From positions 1-26,392 of IMG/VR virus record IMGVR_UViG_3300017697_000082: DNA of 26,392 nucleotides, one strand, 5' to 3'. The position numbers and the translations under genes are program-made. Each line of letters opens with the position of its first letter. Position 1 is the first letter of the stretch. The stretch is from a virus. Lineage: Duplodnaviria > Caudoviricetes. Positions 1 through 9,636 of this stretch are shown in pieces. Below the pieces are notes generated by a model that was given only the letters and a program-made list of their open reading frames with translations, was not told where the DNA came from and searched no databases.

Positions 1-3000
1 ATAACTTGATGATGGCATAGTAATATCACTTTGGTTAGTTGGAGCTCCACCTGCATCACCAATTTCAGTACCTGATCTTGCACCAGCCGCGTCCCAAACT
101 CCTTTAAGGAAGAATGCAAAGTTTGAATTAGATAAGTCTCCACCTTTTTGGAATGTCTGCGTTGCGCCGTTACTTGAATTTGAATTTGAGTTACCTGAGA
201 AGTAAACTAGATATCTTCCGTAAATACTTTGGTCAACAATCTGTTGAATTGTAGTACCTTGTGGGAAGTATTCGTTTCCTCCGCCATCTGCGTTAACCTG
301 ATCACCAACTGATAAGTTAGAAGATTCCCAACTGGTTGCATCAAAATATGCGTAACTTCTATTTGTTCTAAATGACCACCATGGCATTAATTGTGCCGTT
401 GTTGTAACCTGAGCCATAACTGCCGCTGTACTATATGTCGCTGTATCACCACTGTTCCAGTTAACAGAACCACCTGATGCAACCTGTGCAAAACTTGGCT
501 GTCCACCTTGTGCTAATCCTGACAATCCAGTCCAACCAATGTCTCCTGGGTTGAGTGGATAGTTCTGTGGATTCAAAATACCTTCAACAACAATACCGCC
601 GTAAATCTTTGAATCATCTGTTGGATTTTGTCCATCTGATGTAATCTCTAAACCTTGCATAAGCAACTGAGCTCTGTTTAATAGTTCTCTATCACCTAAG
701 TCTCCAACAATAGCATTACTAACACTCGGTGCTAGTCTTAATAAAAACGCTGTTTGTCTTGTTGTACTAATGCTTAGACCTGTTTCTGTGTATGAGAAAA
801 TGTAACCTCTATCTTCATCAAATCCACCGTCTGTAATAAACGCTGAACCCCAGTGTGATATAAGTGGTGTAATACTATTACTAATTAAAATAACACCAGT
901 ACGTTGTGCGTGTCCACTTGCCGGACCTGCGTTGTACTGTCTAGTAGCACCAGCTTGGAAGTTTTGTAGTGTAGTTCCTCTAGTACAGTTTGTTAATCTT
1001 TTTAGTGTATGATCAATAGTTGTGTAACTAATAATTTCGTTATCAATATATACTGTACCACTGTCTGGGAAGAATTTAGATTCTATAACCGGTATAAATG
1101 TTTGATCCGCAGTAATATCTGTAGCAAGTGAACTAAATGCTCCTTCATTTGTAACTTCGTAACGCACAGGCAAGTTACCTGAACGCATAAACGCTTCTGT
1201 GTTTACGTTTGAGTTACGCATTCTGTGACAGAATACAAAGTTACCATCAGCACCACGTGCCATCCAGTCAATAAAACCAGCACCATACCAACTGTACTGA
1301 ATACCAATCATCTGCATGTATCTAACATCCATATTGTATCCACTCTTACCAGTACCGTCCATTCTATCTAAGTTCCACTCTTCTTGTAGTACTTTCTTGT
1401 CTGTAATTAAGTTTACTTTACATGATGCAACATTGTTAACACCTCTGTAGTCTGGTGTTACTGTTATTTGTGTTTGTGAATCAACGTTTGCAACAACATG
1501 TGTCATTCCTTTAATAACAATTCTATCACCAGCTCTTAACTGATCTCTAAATCTTGTGTTATTACCTATAATTAAGTTTGAGTCAACTGTAACTTGTGCA
1601 GTACCTGCAATTTGCTTTGTACTTGTACGTTGTGCAACACTAATGTTAGAGCCATCAAACTCCCAATAAATTCCGTTTTGATCATCAAAGATACCTGAGC
1701 GTACTGTTGCTCCATGCCAACCAACGACTGTCAACTGTGCCGCAAAACCTAGTACAGCATTTGTTGTAGCTAGTCTACGTGTTGATAAACATTTTAATGT
1801 TCTTTCATCAATGATTTGTGTAACAGTATATTCACCGTTATAACCTGCTGATTCAACTCCAATAAGTCTAATCTTACCACCAACTTGTGCGCCGTGATCA
1901 TTGTCATCTGTTACAATAGTAAGGATTGCTCCAATACCTGTACCATCTGCTGTAATAGTCCTTATGTCGTAACTTGGAGCAAATAGAGCACCAGTTGTGT
2001 ACATAATACCTTTACCTGACTGGTATCTAATATATTTTTTACTTTGTCTAATTGCTTGAGCACCGTGTTGTGGTCCGCCTGTTCCTAACTGCACACCACC
2101 ATCATATGGTCTATGAATAAAGAATGAATCTGGACGCAAGTATACGTTACCTTGGATTCTATCTTCTGTTGACGTACCGTCAAATTCACTAACAGAACCT
2201 GGAGCTCTTGTATTGTATCTAATCTTTTTACTTGTAGGAACATTAATTGCAATAAACGATCCTGCCGCTAGTGCGTGATTGTTTGATCCCCCATCATCTG
2301 AGTTAACATCAACAACAAATGTATCACCTGGTACAATTCCGTGTGCATAAGGCCATGTAATTTCAATAGTCGATAACGCTTCAAAATTAACACTTGTTGC
2401 GGCATCAATTGTAGTTGTTGTAAAATCTGTTAGTGTAACACCGTTAACTAAACTTAGTCCACCGCCTGCTACTGCTGAACCTGTGATAGTTGCTGTGCTT
2501 AATCCGCCGCTTCCATCTTTTCCTGTTACTGTAACTGTTGCATCTTGTGCTGGAGTTGCGCCTCCTAGTGTGTTACCTGGAATAGTAATTACGTTACCAA
2601 CTTCATATCCGCTACCACTTGCATTAATAGCAACACTATATGTACCTGATGTTCTAGTTACATTAAATGTTCCACTTGTGCCTGCGTGTGCTTGGTTAAC
2701 TCCTGCTTGCCCTGTAAACACTGTTGGTAATGCTGGAGCACTACCTGAAGCACTTGCTGTTGCAATAGCACCTGTTGTACCGTTTACACTATCAATTGTA
2801 ATAGTACAATCATTAGCTGGAGTTGATCCTCCAATTAAATTACCTGCTACTACATAAGTTTGACCAGTGTGATAGTTTGTACCATTTGCTGTAACTGCTA
2901 CAGTGTAGTTAGTACCGTCATTTGAAATATCAAATGTTGCGCCTGAACCAACTAAGTCTGTTAAAGTTTTACCTTCAAACACACCAGCATTAAGTGCTAC

Positions 3001-5580
3001 TGGAACAGATGACTCATCTGATCCTTCTAGTCTTACATCAGTAATTCCGCCTACACCGTCTGTTGAAACAACTCTCAAGTATACATCGTTGGCAGGACTT
3101 GCTCCGCCTAATAAAGTACCTGCACAAACTAAAGTATCTGCTGTTGTATATCCTGTACCTGGTACGCCTGTATATTGAATACTATAAGTAGTGTCGTTTA
3201 CGTTAATGCCAAATTCAAATGCTGATCCTGATCCGCCTGTAAATGCTAGGTTCGATCCACCAAAGCTATAACTTCTTGTTTGACTTGGAGGTGTACCAAT
3301 ACTCCAACCGCCGTTATCTGGTACTAATGCAGTAATACTACCACCTGCGCCAACACTTGTAACTCTTGCAACAAAGTCATTACCACTAGCATTTTGGTTA
3401 CCGTCTTGACCAACTCCACCCAATAACTGTGAACCTGTAATTCTTAATCTATCGCCAATTGCATATCCTGTTGTGTCGTTTGGAGAGTTAGCATCTACTG
3501 TGGTAAATCCGCCGCCAGCATAATTAACATCAAAGTTAGTTGTTCCAACTGTACCACCATTTTGTGTTAGTGTATTTGCTGGACCTGTGTATGTAATAGT
3601 TCCACTTAGTGCAGTTCCACTTACTGTTGCTGTTGTAACATTTCCTGTTCCACCAACTGCTGTAACTAATATTGTTGCATCATGTGCAGGTGTAGTTCCG
3701 CCTAAGTTATCACCTGTGACTAATAGTCTGTCGCCTGCTTTATATCCTGATCCTGCTTGGCTAATTGCGTCTACTGCATATGCTGTGCCAGTTCTTGAAA
3801 TTGTAAATTGTGCGTTTGTACCTGCTGGTGCTGTAATTGCTCCTGTAACACCTGTATATGTTTCTGTGTTTCTTGTAATTGCACTTGTAAATGCACCACT
3901 CATACTAATTGTAGTTCCTGCAATGTTGTTAACAAAAATAGCATCTCCACTACCGTTATCAGCCGCTAGTCCTACAACAATACCTGTTGTACTTGAAACT
4001 TCAATATCTGTATTTCCAATATTAATATCTTGTGTTAAATTTAGTGGTAACGCTGTTCCACCTGGTGTACTTGCAATCGCTGTAACCTGTGTTCCTGTTG
4101 GAAATGCCGCGTTAGCAATTGGAGCACCAACTTCTGGTACATCGCCTGTAAATGCTAATCTGTTTTCGCTAACTTGTGCCGCTAAACTTAGCGTCATAGT
4201 ACCATTTGTACCATTACTAAAAACTGTAAACAATGGCTGTCCAACACTTGCACCAGTATAGAACGCACCTTTACGTAACTGTGTGTAAGATGTTGAAAGT
4301 ACTTCACCGTTTGTTGTACCAACTTTTGCTTTAGCGTAGTATGTAAATGTTGTTGTAGTTGGAATAGCATCAATAATAAAAGAACCTTCTGATCTTGCCG
4401 CGCCGCCTACACTATCTTCTAGTGCTTTAATTGTAATCGGAGTACCAGCTTCAAAGCCGTGTGCACCAATTGTTGTAACTGTAATTTTTGAAGCACCAAT
4501 TCCTGCTGTACCTGCTGAAGCATCTGTAACAACACTTAGTACTTGTGTATCAGTACCTGGCAATTCGTATACACTTGGATAACCACGCATCATTCCAATA
4601 GCCGACCATTTAGTTGGCTGTAAGCCGTATTCAAAGTCAGCGTCAAGCATACTTAACGGAGGAGCAATACGCATACGTTCAATAGCGTCTGATCCAAAGT
4701 CATATGGTCTTGTTATTTGCTCTGGTGAATCAATAAAGATTTGTAATTCGTCTGTTTCTGAATGTGCTGATGTATTATGTGTTAAATCTAATATTGTAAC
4801 AGCGTCTGTTGTTTGTAAGTACTTAGGAAAGTCAGCATCTGCATTTTCATTTGATGATGTACTGTCATACTTAGGTACATATCCGCTTGAATCTCTTGGT
4901 GTAACATCATCTACTCTTGTTACTTTACCACCTTTAAGTGCATCTGTAAAGTTGTAGATAACTTCTGTTTTAGTTGTGTTAGTTACAATTAATAAATCAC
5001 TAGCGTCATAGTTACCTTGGAATCTAACATGTCCTAGGCCTTTACGCACAAATGTTGGTAATGCACTTGTACCAGTTGTTAATACGTCAATAACAATACC
5101 CGAAAGTGTTTGTATTACTGTACCTGCCGCATTTTCAGCGTTAGTACTATTTGTTACTTGTGCAACATTTCCTTGGTATGGTGTTGACTGTGGACTGTTA
5201 TTGAATACGTGATTAACAATTAAGTCGCGTGTAAATTCTTTTGCTTTTATTTCTGCTTGTCTGTCGCCGTCAACTTGTGCAACATCTTGTTCCCAATATG
5301 TTTTTGAAATTCTTGTTGTTTCTTCGTTACCTGTGTATCTTAAGTCGTGTGCCCATGCGTCAATGTTATAACCTGTATCTCTTTCGCATTTTGATTCGCT
5401 ATAAGTATAACCTACAAACCCTGTTGCGTTATCGTTTACTTGTTGTAAAATCCATGCCGCTACTTCTTTTTGTATAAAGTCTTTGTTTAGGGTAAGTAAT
5501 GCCCATGCATTTGGATATGTATTGTCGTTTAATCCAATTCCTGGGTAAAACTTGTAATTATAAATCTTTTTCTTAGCCAT
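1..5580 (-). CDS. Very large modular virion structural/tail protein (partial, >1860 aa, runs off the left edge)
   Basis: ATG at 5580 (MAKKKIYNYKFYPG...) follows a GGAG RBS. The frame was open in every stretch I translated and is still open at position 1 (...GGAPTNQSDITMPSSSY). It contains a KCERDTGY..DA..DL helical motif, five GxGY..GD..G..LGG.TPAND repeats and lectin-like motifs. Absent from the ORF track because there is no stop in the window. Confidence 0.88.
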   Translation of the reverse strand, partial: MAKKKIYNYKFYPGIGLNDNTYPNAWALLTLNKDFIQKEVAAWILQQVNDNATGFVGYTYSESKCERDTGYNIDAWAHDLRYTGNEETTRISKTYWEQDVAQVDGDRQAEIKAKEFTRDLIVNHVFNNSPQSTPYQGNVAQVTNSTNAENAAGTVIQTLSGIVIDVLTTGTSALPTFVRKGLGHVRFQGNYDASDLLIVTNTTKTEVIYNFTDALKGGKVTRVDDVTPRDSSGYVPKYDSTSSNENADADFPKYLQTTDAVTILDLTHNTSAHSETDELQIFIDSPEQITRPYDFGSDAIERMRIAPPLSMLDADFEYGLQPTKWSAIGMMRGYPSVYELPGTDTQVLSVVTDASAGTAGIGASKITVTTIGAHGFEAGTPITIKALEDSVGGAARSEGSFIIDAIPTTTTFTYYAKAKVGTTNGEVLSTSYTQLRKGAFYTGASVGQPLFTVFSNGTNGTMTLSLAAQVSENRLAFTGDVPEVGAPIANAAFPTGTQVTAIASTPGGTALPLNLTQDINIGNTDIEVSSTTGIVVGLAADNGSGDAIFVNNIAGTTISMSGAFTSAITRNTETYTGVTGAITAPAGTNAQFTISRTGTAYAVDAISQAGSGYKAGDRLLVTGDNLGGTTPAHDATILVTAVGGTGNVTTATVSGTALSGTITYTGPANTLTQNGGTVGTTNFDVNYAGGGFTTVDANSPNDTTGYAIGDRLRITGSQLLGGVGQDGNQNASGNDFVARVTSVGAGGSITALVPDNGGWSIGTPPSQTRSYSFGGSNLAFTGGSGSAFEFGINVNDTTYSIQYTGVPGTGYTTADTLVCAGTLLGGASPANDVYLRVVSTDGVGGITDVRLEGSDESSVPVALNAGVFEGKTLTDLVGSGATFDISNDGTNYTVAVTANGTNYHTGQTYVVAGNLIGGSTPANDCTITIDSVNGTTGAIATASASGSAPALPTVFTGQAGVNQAHAGTSGTFNVTRTSGTYSVAINASGSGYEVGNVITIPGNTLGGATPAQDATVTVTGKDGSGGLSTATITGSAVAGGGLSLVNGVTLTDFTTTTIDAATSVNFEALSTIEITWPYAHGIVPGDTFVVDVNSDDGGSNNHALAAGSFIAINVPTSKKIRYNTRAPGSVSEFDGTSTEDRIQGNVYLRPDSFFIHRPYDGGVQLGTGGPQHGAQAIRQSKKYIRYQSGKGIMYTTGALFAPSYDIRTITADGTGIGAILTIVTDDNDHGAQVGGKIRLIGVESAGYNGEYTVTQIIDERTLKCLSTRRLATTNAVLGFAAQLTVVGWHGATVRSGIFDDQNGIYWEFDGSNISVAQRTSTKQIAGTAQVTVDSNLIIGNNTRFRDQLRAGDRIVIKGMTHVVANVDSQTQITVTPDYRGVNNVASCKVNLITDKKVLQEEWNLDRMDGTGKSGYNMDVRYMQMIGIQYSWYGAGFIDWMARGADGNFVFCHRMRNSNVNTEAFMRSGNLPVRYEVTNEGAFSSLATDITADQTFIPVIESKFFPDSGTVYIDNEIISYTTIDHTLKRLTNCTRGTTLQNFQAGATRQYNAGPASGHAQRTGVILISNSITPLISHWGSAFITDGGFDEDRGYIFSYTETGLSISTTRQTAFLLRLAPSVSNAIVGDLGDRELLNRAQLLMQGLEITSDGQNPTDDSKIYGGIVVEGILNPQNYPLNPGDIGWTGLSGLAQGGQPSFAQVASGGSVNWNSGDTATYSTAAVMAQVTTTAQLMPWWSFRTNRSYAYFDATSWESSNLSVGDQVNADGGGNEYFPQGTTIQQIVDQSIYGRYLVYFSGNSNSNSSNGATQTFQKGGDLSNSNFAFFLKGVWDAAGARSGTEIGDAGGAPTNQSDITMPSSSY
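2480..3830 (-). repeat. Five tandem ~90-aa beta-rich protein repeats
   Basis: Hand translation gives GSGYKAGDRLLVTGDNLGGTTPAHD, TTGYAIGDRLRITGSQLLGG..GND, GTGYTTADTLVCAGTFIGGASPAND, GTNYHTGQTYVVAGNLIGGSTPAND and GSGYEVGNVITIPGNTLGGATPAQD. Boundaries are approximate. Confidence 0.8.
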
Positions 5581-5583
5581 TCT

Positions 5584-6141
5584 CTATGCTCCAAATGCTA
5601 CAGCAAGGGCAGTTGCCGTTGCGTCTACATAACTTTTACTTGTTGCGTGGGTGCCTACAGTAGGCTGATTAGTTAGTACCACGTTGTTTGCGATATTTAC
5701 ATCGCCTTTTACTGATGCACCATTCATATTTATAGTCGATGCTGTACTATCTGGATTAGCCGCCATATCAATTGTATGTACTCTAATCTGTGATGGAGTA
5801 TTATATCCAATTTCTACATTGTCAATACTACCTGGGATAGCACCAATACTGTTTATTGTTAGTCTGCCGTTAACTACTGACAATGCTGTATTACCTAAAT
5901 AGTTAACTTTGAAAATTCCGCCTGTTACAGCAAGACTTTCAAAACTATTTGATACTTGTGTGCCGGTATCATCGCCGCCATCGTCTTCTGGTGGAACGTA
6001 AGCAACAAAAGGAGTTCCATTAAGCAAAATACTTTGTACATCAATTATAGGAGTAGTTAATTTACCAGTTCCGTCTACTGAAAAATTAGGACTCTCAAAA
6101 CCGTGTTGTGCTTGAAACTTATCGTTAATTACTGTTGCCAT
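5584..6141 (-). CDS. Phage structural/tail-associated protein
   Basis: 185-aa ORF in an operon. The C-terminal ATSKSYVD...ALAVAFGA resembles the (A)TKxYVD plus small-hydrophobic tail motif common in phage fibre/adaptor proteins. Confidence 0.7.
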   Translation of the reverse strand: MATVINDKFQAQHGFESPNFSVDGTGKLTTPIIDVQSILLNGTPFVAYVPPEDDGGDDTGTQVSNSFESLAVTGGIFKVNYLGNTALSVVNGRLTINSIGAIPGSIDNVEIGYNTPSQIRVHTIDMAANPDSTASTINMNGASVKGDVNIANNVVLTNQPTVGTHATSKSYVDATATALAVAFGA

Positions 6142-6155
6142 TTATTTCTATTTCC

Positions 6156-7634
6156 TTATATTGCACTTAACTGTTTAACTACAATAGTACCTGCCATTGA
6201 ACTGTGTACCGTACAAACATAAGCATAGTTACCACTAATATTTGCAGGAACTTGCCAATATAATGTTCCACTTGTTTTGCCTTGTGCAGATGATCCTGTT
6301 GTTTGTGTGCCATCTAATGCAACATGAACAAGTCCGTTATCATATGCTGATCCACCACTTGTTTCAATTTGGAATGGATGGTTTGCTCCACTATTAATTT
6401 TAAATGCAATAGTTGCTCCAGCTAATGCATAGATTGTAGGATCTTCTGTATTACCATATTGGCTAAACTTGTATCCGTTATTACTATCTGCTGTTACTTC
6501 TAACATTGTCATTGCAGGATATGCAGTTTGATCAAATGTCTGTGGACTGCGTACCCAATTAGTTCCGTTGTATACTAGTACACTTCCTGTAGTTATACCT
6601 GTTAAATCTGTATCAGATAAACTTGCAAATGTTGGAACTGTACCATTAATAGTAACAGTGTCTCCTGTTACTGATGTAGTAATGTTTGTACCACCTGCAA
6701 TAGTTAGTGTATCAGTTTTACTATCAGCTTCTGCTAGTCCAGTATCTGCTTGTACGTTACTGAATGCGTTCTGGTTAGCTTCACCACTTAATGCATCACC
6801 ACTGTAGTTAATTGTTACAGTGTCTCCAACAATACTAGTTGTAATGTTTGTACCACCTGCAAGTGTTAATGTATCTGTTGTTGAGTTTGCAGTTGTTGTT
6901 CCTGTGTCAGCATCAACTGTTTGATAAATGTTCTGTAAACCACTTGCCGCTGGTGTAATAAATCCAAATGTTCCGTTGCCATTTGCCGCTAATACTTGTC
7001 CACTTGATCCATCTACAATACTTAAATCAGTCAACGAGCTAGGAATGGTTGGCTTGTTGTTTAAGTTATTATAGTTTGTAAAGTATGAACTATCAAATCC
7101 GTCAAGTGTTCCAGCATCAACTGCCGCTCCGCCTGATGATACGTCAACTCCAGGTGCCCACTTGCCTCCGTCCCATTTAAGAACGTTACCAGCTTGTGGT
7201 GCTTGTGATACAGTATCAACATCTGATAAACTGTTTAAGTTTCCTACGTATGCAACTGACTTTAAAGGATCTGTGTAATTTGTAATGGCTCCTGCACTTG
7301 CATCTAAAAGCATTTTGTGCCATGCACCTGCGTGTGCAACATATACTGAACCACCTTCATGAACATGTAGCATTGCACCGTGATATGTGCTTGTGCTAAT
7401 TGCGTTCATTTGGTTTAATGTTGCGGCATGAAATGCTACTTTGTTAATTTTGTTATCATCGTTTGGAATATCAAGTTCCAAGTTTGAGTTGACGATGTCT
7501 TTAATATTTGTTCCGTCGCCTAAAGCGTTATACAGCTCGTCGACGTTAGCATTAACCTTAGTAGCACCTGCTCTAAGATTATCACCAGTACCGTCGTTTG
7601 CGGCTGTACCTAAGTTAATTGTTGATTTTGCCAT
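6156..7634 (-). CDS. Baseplate-anchored fibre protein (T4 gp9/gp10-like N-terminus) with C-terminal cupredoxin-like domain
   Basis: N-terminal INLGTAANDGTGDNLRAGATKVNANVDELY matches the gp9/gp10 N-terminal signature. LxxLSDVD-type and GxVLxWxGxxW fibre repeats follow. The C-terminus has HPF...YVCTVHSSMAGTIVV. Confidence 0.8.
   Translation of the reverse strand: MAKSTINLGTAANDGTGDNLRAGATKVNANVDELYNALGDGTNIKDIVNSNLELDIPNDDNKINKVAFHAATLNQMNAISTSTYHGAMLHVHEGGSVYVAHAGAWHKMLLDASAGAITNYTDPLKSVAYVGNLNSLSDVDTVSQAPQAGNVLKWDGGKWAPGVDVSSGGAAVDAGTLDGFDSSYFTNYNNLNNKPTIPSSLTDLSIVDGSSGQVLAANGNGTFGFITPAASGLQNIYQTVDADTGTTTANSTTDTLTLAGGTNITTSIVGDTVTINYSGDALSGEANQNAFSNVQADTGLAEADSKTDTLTIAGGTNITTSVTGDTVTINGTVPTFASLSDTDLTGITTGSVLVYNGTNWVRSPQTFDQTAYPAMTMLEVTADSNNGYKFSQYGNTEDPTIYALAGATIAFKINSGANHPFQIETSGGSAYDNGLVHVALDGTQTTGSSAQGKTSGTLYWQVPANISGNYAYVCTVHSSMAGTIVVKQLSAI
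6645..6930 (-). repeat. Internal tandem duplication (54-aa period) in fibre gene
   Basis: ADTG....S.TDTLT(L/I)AGGTNITTS..GDTVTIN occurs twice. The 22-nt string gtaatgtttgtaccacctgcaa is identical at 6679-6700 and 6841-6862. Confidence 0.85.
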
Positions 7635-7637
7635 TCC

Positions 7638-8150
7638 TTACACCTTATCAAATGTTATGTTTGTATTATCGAAATACGTAGTTGTTGCATCAAAAGTATT
7701 TACCCCAGATTCCTCTACACTGGATACATCTGCGACTATCGCAGGAGGAGTAAGCTGATGAATTGTTTTTGCATATGTTGCATGGAAGATTAACTTCGCA
7801 CCAGCGTAAATATTTGACGTTGGACTAGCGTTAATTTTTACTATGCTTGCATCAACTGTGACAGATAAATTTACTAATTCTTGGTTAATACTTGAACGTC
7901 CGAATATATTTGCAACAGCTCTATCTGGTCTAGCAACTACTGATAATTGCATAATCTCTTTTTCGTTTGAATCAAATTCTACTGTAATTTGATACACTGC
8001 ACTACTGTATTCACCTAAATGAAATGAGTCTACAACAGTATTATATTGCACCCCAATCCAGCTACCTCTATAGCTAAAACTCGATCTGTCTGGCAGATGA
8101 ATGGTGTTATTTGCACCTTTACTGAAAAGATTTGTCAGAAGTTTATTCAT
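7638..8150 (-). CDS. Putative virion structural protein (beta-rich, C-terminal FD repeats)
   Basis: 170-aa ORF with a GGAG RBS. C-terminal TFDATTTYFDNTNITFD resembles FD-repeat tails of baseplate proteins that precede gp9/gp10-like genes in aquatic myoviruses. Confidence 0.65.
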   Translation of the reverse strand: MNKLLTNLFSKGANNTIHLPDRSSFSYRGSWIGVQYNTVVDSFHLGEYSSAVYQITVEFDSNEKEIMQLSVVARPDRAVANIFGRSSINQELVNLSVTVDASIVKINASPTSNIYAGAKLIFHATYAKTIHQLTPPAIVADVSSVEESGVNTFDATTTYFDNTNITFDKV

Positions 8151-8168
8151 TGTTCATGCTCCATATTG

Positions 8169-8176
8169 TATTTATC
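8169..8176 (-). promoter_or_regulatory. Putative T4-like late promoter (GATAAATA)
   Basis: Intergenic near-match to the T4 late consensus TATAAATA, ~19 nt upstream of the start codon. The same core recurs in three other intergenic gaps. Confidence 0.55.
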
Positions 8177-8204
8177 GTTTTACAAAGATATGTAACAGTA
8201 CAAT

Positions 8205-8768
8205 TTATGTTAAATCTACTAGGCTATGAGCAAATTGATTTAGATTATCAAATATTTCTGTTTGTTTTTTAAGGTCTTTGTTAGCAAATGTATTTAACTT
8301 CTTAGCTGTTTCAGCGCCATGCCCTGTACGTACTAATATAGGCTTTGCTTTGGCTTTTACAGCGGCTTTTAAGTCGCTAATTTTATCTCCTACATACACA
8401 CCATTCTTCCAATCAACGCCAATTTCTGCCGCGGCACGCTTAAACATACCTGTATTAGGTTTAGCATATACGTCTTCTTTTAAGTTAGATGTGCTATAAT
8501 ACAATCCGTTGATACTCCTACAACCTACATTCCAAAGTAGTTCTAACATATAATTGTTAACAATGTCAACGTCTACAGGATCCATTATACCCTTTGTTAT
8601 GCCTGCTTGATTAGTCAAAATAACTACATCATAACCTTTGTTACGTATCATCTTAACTGCTTCTAAACTGCCTTCAATAGGTGTAAACTGTTCAGGCTTT
8701 GTTACATATGTACCTATATCTACATTTATTGTTCCGTCTCTATCTAGTCCTACTACTGGGGTACTCAT
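8205..8768 (-). CDS. gmhB: HAD-IIIA phosphatase, GmhB-like (D,D-heptose 1,7-bisphosphate phosphatase family)
   Basis: Motifs LDRDGTIN, ILTNQAGI, KPNTGM, VGDKISD and LVRTGHG. Start moved to ATG 8768, immediately after the upstream TAA. Substrate is not proven. Confidence 0.8.
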   Translation of the reverse strand: MSTPVVGLDRDGTINVDIGTYVTKPEQFTPIEGSLEAVKMIRNKGYDVVILTNQAGITKGIMDPVDVDIVNNYMLELLWNVGCRSINGLYYSTSNLKEDVYAKPNTGMFKRAAAEIGVDWKNGVYVGDKISDLKAAVKAKAKPILVRTGHGAETAKKLNTFANKDLKKQTEIFDNLNQFAHSLVDLT

Positions 8769-8769
8769 T

Positions 8770-9636
8770 TTAGGGTCTCCATCTATCGTCTGACCAGCCA
8801 TGTATTTCAGAGTTAAACCAGTCTAATTCGTAAAGTTTTATTGATTCTTCAGCTGTTAGTATTTGCTTCCATTTGTCAACAAAGGTTAATGTTTCGTCAT
8901 TTAATTTGCATATATGTTCTTGTACAAAGTCTGCCGCTTCATGTGTAAGTGGATGTACTTCAGGCTGATGCAAATGTAAAAGTTCTGGATTAGGATCAGG
9001 TATACTAGTTGGTCTTGTTTTAAAAAACTCGTCGTCAACTCCAAAGTCTAGTGCATTAAGTATTGGTGGACATGTAGTTTTAATATCATCTTTATACTTT
9101 TCTAATATAGCTCTTACATCTTCTAATTCTAAATACTTATTTTTAGTATTAAATTCTTTGCTAAGTTCGTCCCAACCTTCAGTAGGTTCTCTAAATCCTG
9201 TTGATATAACTTTACATCCTAAACTTTCTAATGCTTTATGTGTACTGCTTATTAATGCACAATCACGCATTGTAGCCCAGGCCATGTCAGCCCATTGCCA
9301 CATAGACTCGTAACGCCAACTGTTAAGTACAAAAGGAATATCTTGTCCTACTGTTGCTTTACTAAAGTTACCTGGAGTGTGCCAGCCCTTGCCCATATGG
9401 AATCTATCTTCTCTAAAAAAACTAGACCACTGTAATAAAATAATATCATCTTTAGTAAACTTATGTTCAGTATGTGCTTCCCATAGCCGAGTTGAAATAT
9501 ATTGATTACCTGCACCACTACGTCCCCAGTTCTCTCCAACTGTAGCGCCTTCTTGTTTATAATGATGTATTAGGATGTCAGCCCATGTAGGATAAAAATA
9601 TTGTGTTAAGCTACAGCCAAAGGCAAACGCTCTCAT
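8770..9636 (-). CDS. SGNH/GDSL-hydrolase-like protein (putative esterase/acyltransferase)
   Basis: N-terminal AFGCSLT (GDS-like nucleophile block), NWGRSGAGNQYI, IILLQWS..RED and late EVHP (DxHP-like). Confidence 0.65.
   Translation of the reverse strand: MRAFAFGCSLTQYFYPTWADILIHHYKQEGATVGENWGRSGAGNQYISTRLWEAHTEHKFTKDDIILLQWSSFFREDRFHMGKGWHTPGNFSKATVGQDIPFVLNSWRYESMWQWADMAWATMRDCALISSTHKALESLGCKVISTGFREPTEGWDELSKEFNTKNKYLELEDVRAILEKYKDDIKTTCPPILNALDFGVDDEFFKTRPTSIPDPNPELLHLHQPEVHPLTHEAADFVQEHICKLNDETLTFVDKWKQILTAEESIKLYELDWFNSEIHGWSDDRWRP

Noticed and set aside
2483-7758. Plus-strand ORFs (2483-2857, 3587-4261, 5241-5477, 5684-5902, 6568-6807, 7441-7758)
   Set aside because: Antisense shadows of Gly/Thr/Asn-rich minus-strand genes, giving Val/Pro/Ala-rich translations with no recognisable motifs.
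8769-8801. ORF-track starts at 8801, 12438 and 26191
   Set aside because: Starts at 8768 and 12408 fit gene spacing or RBS better, and the 26191 frame continues open to the window edge.
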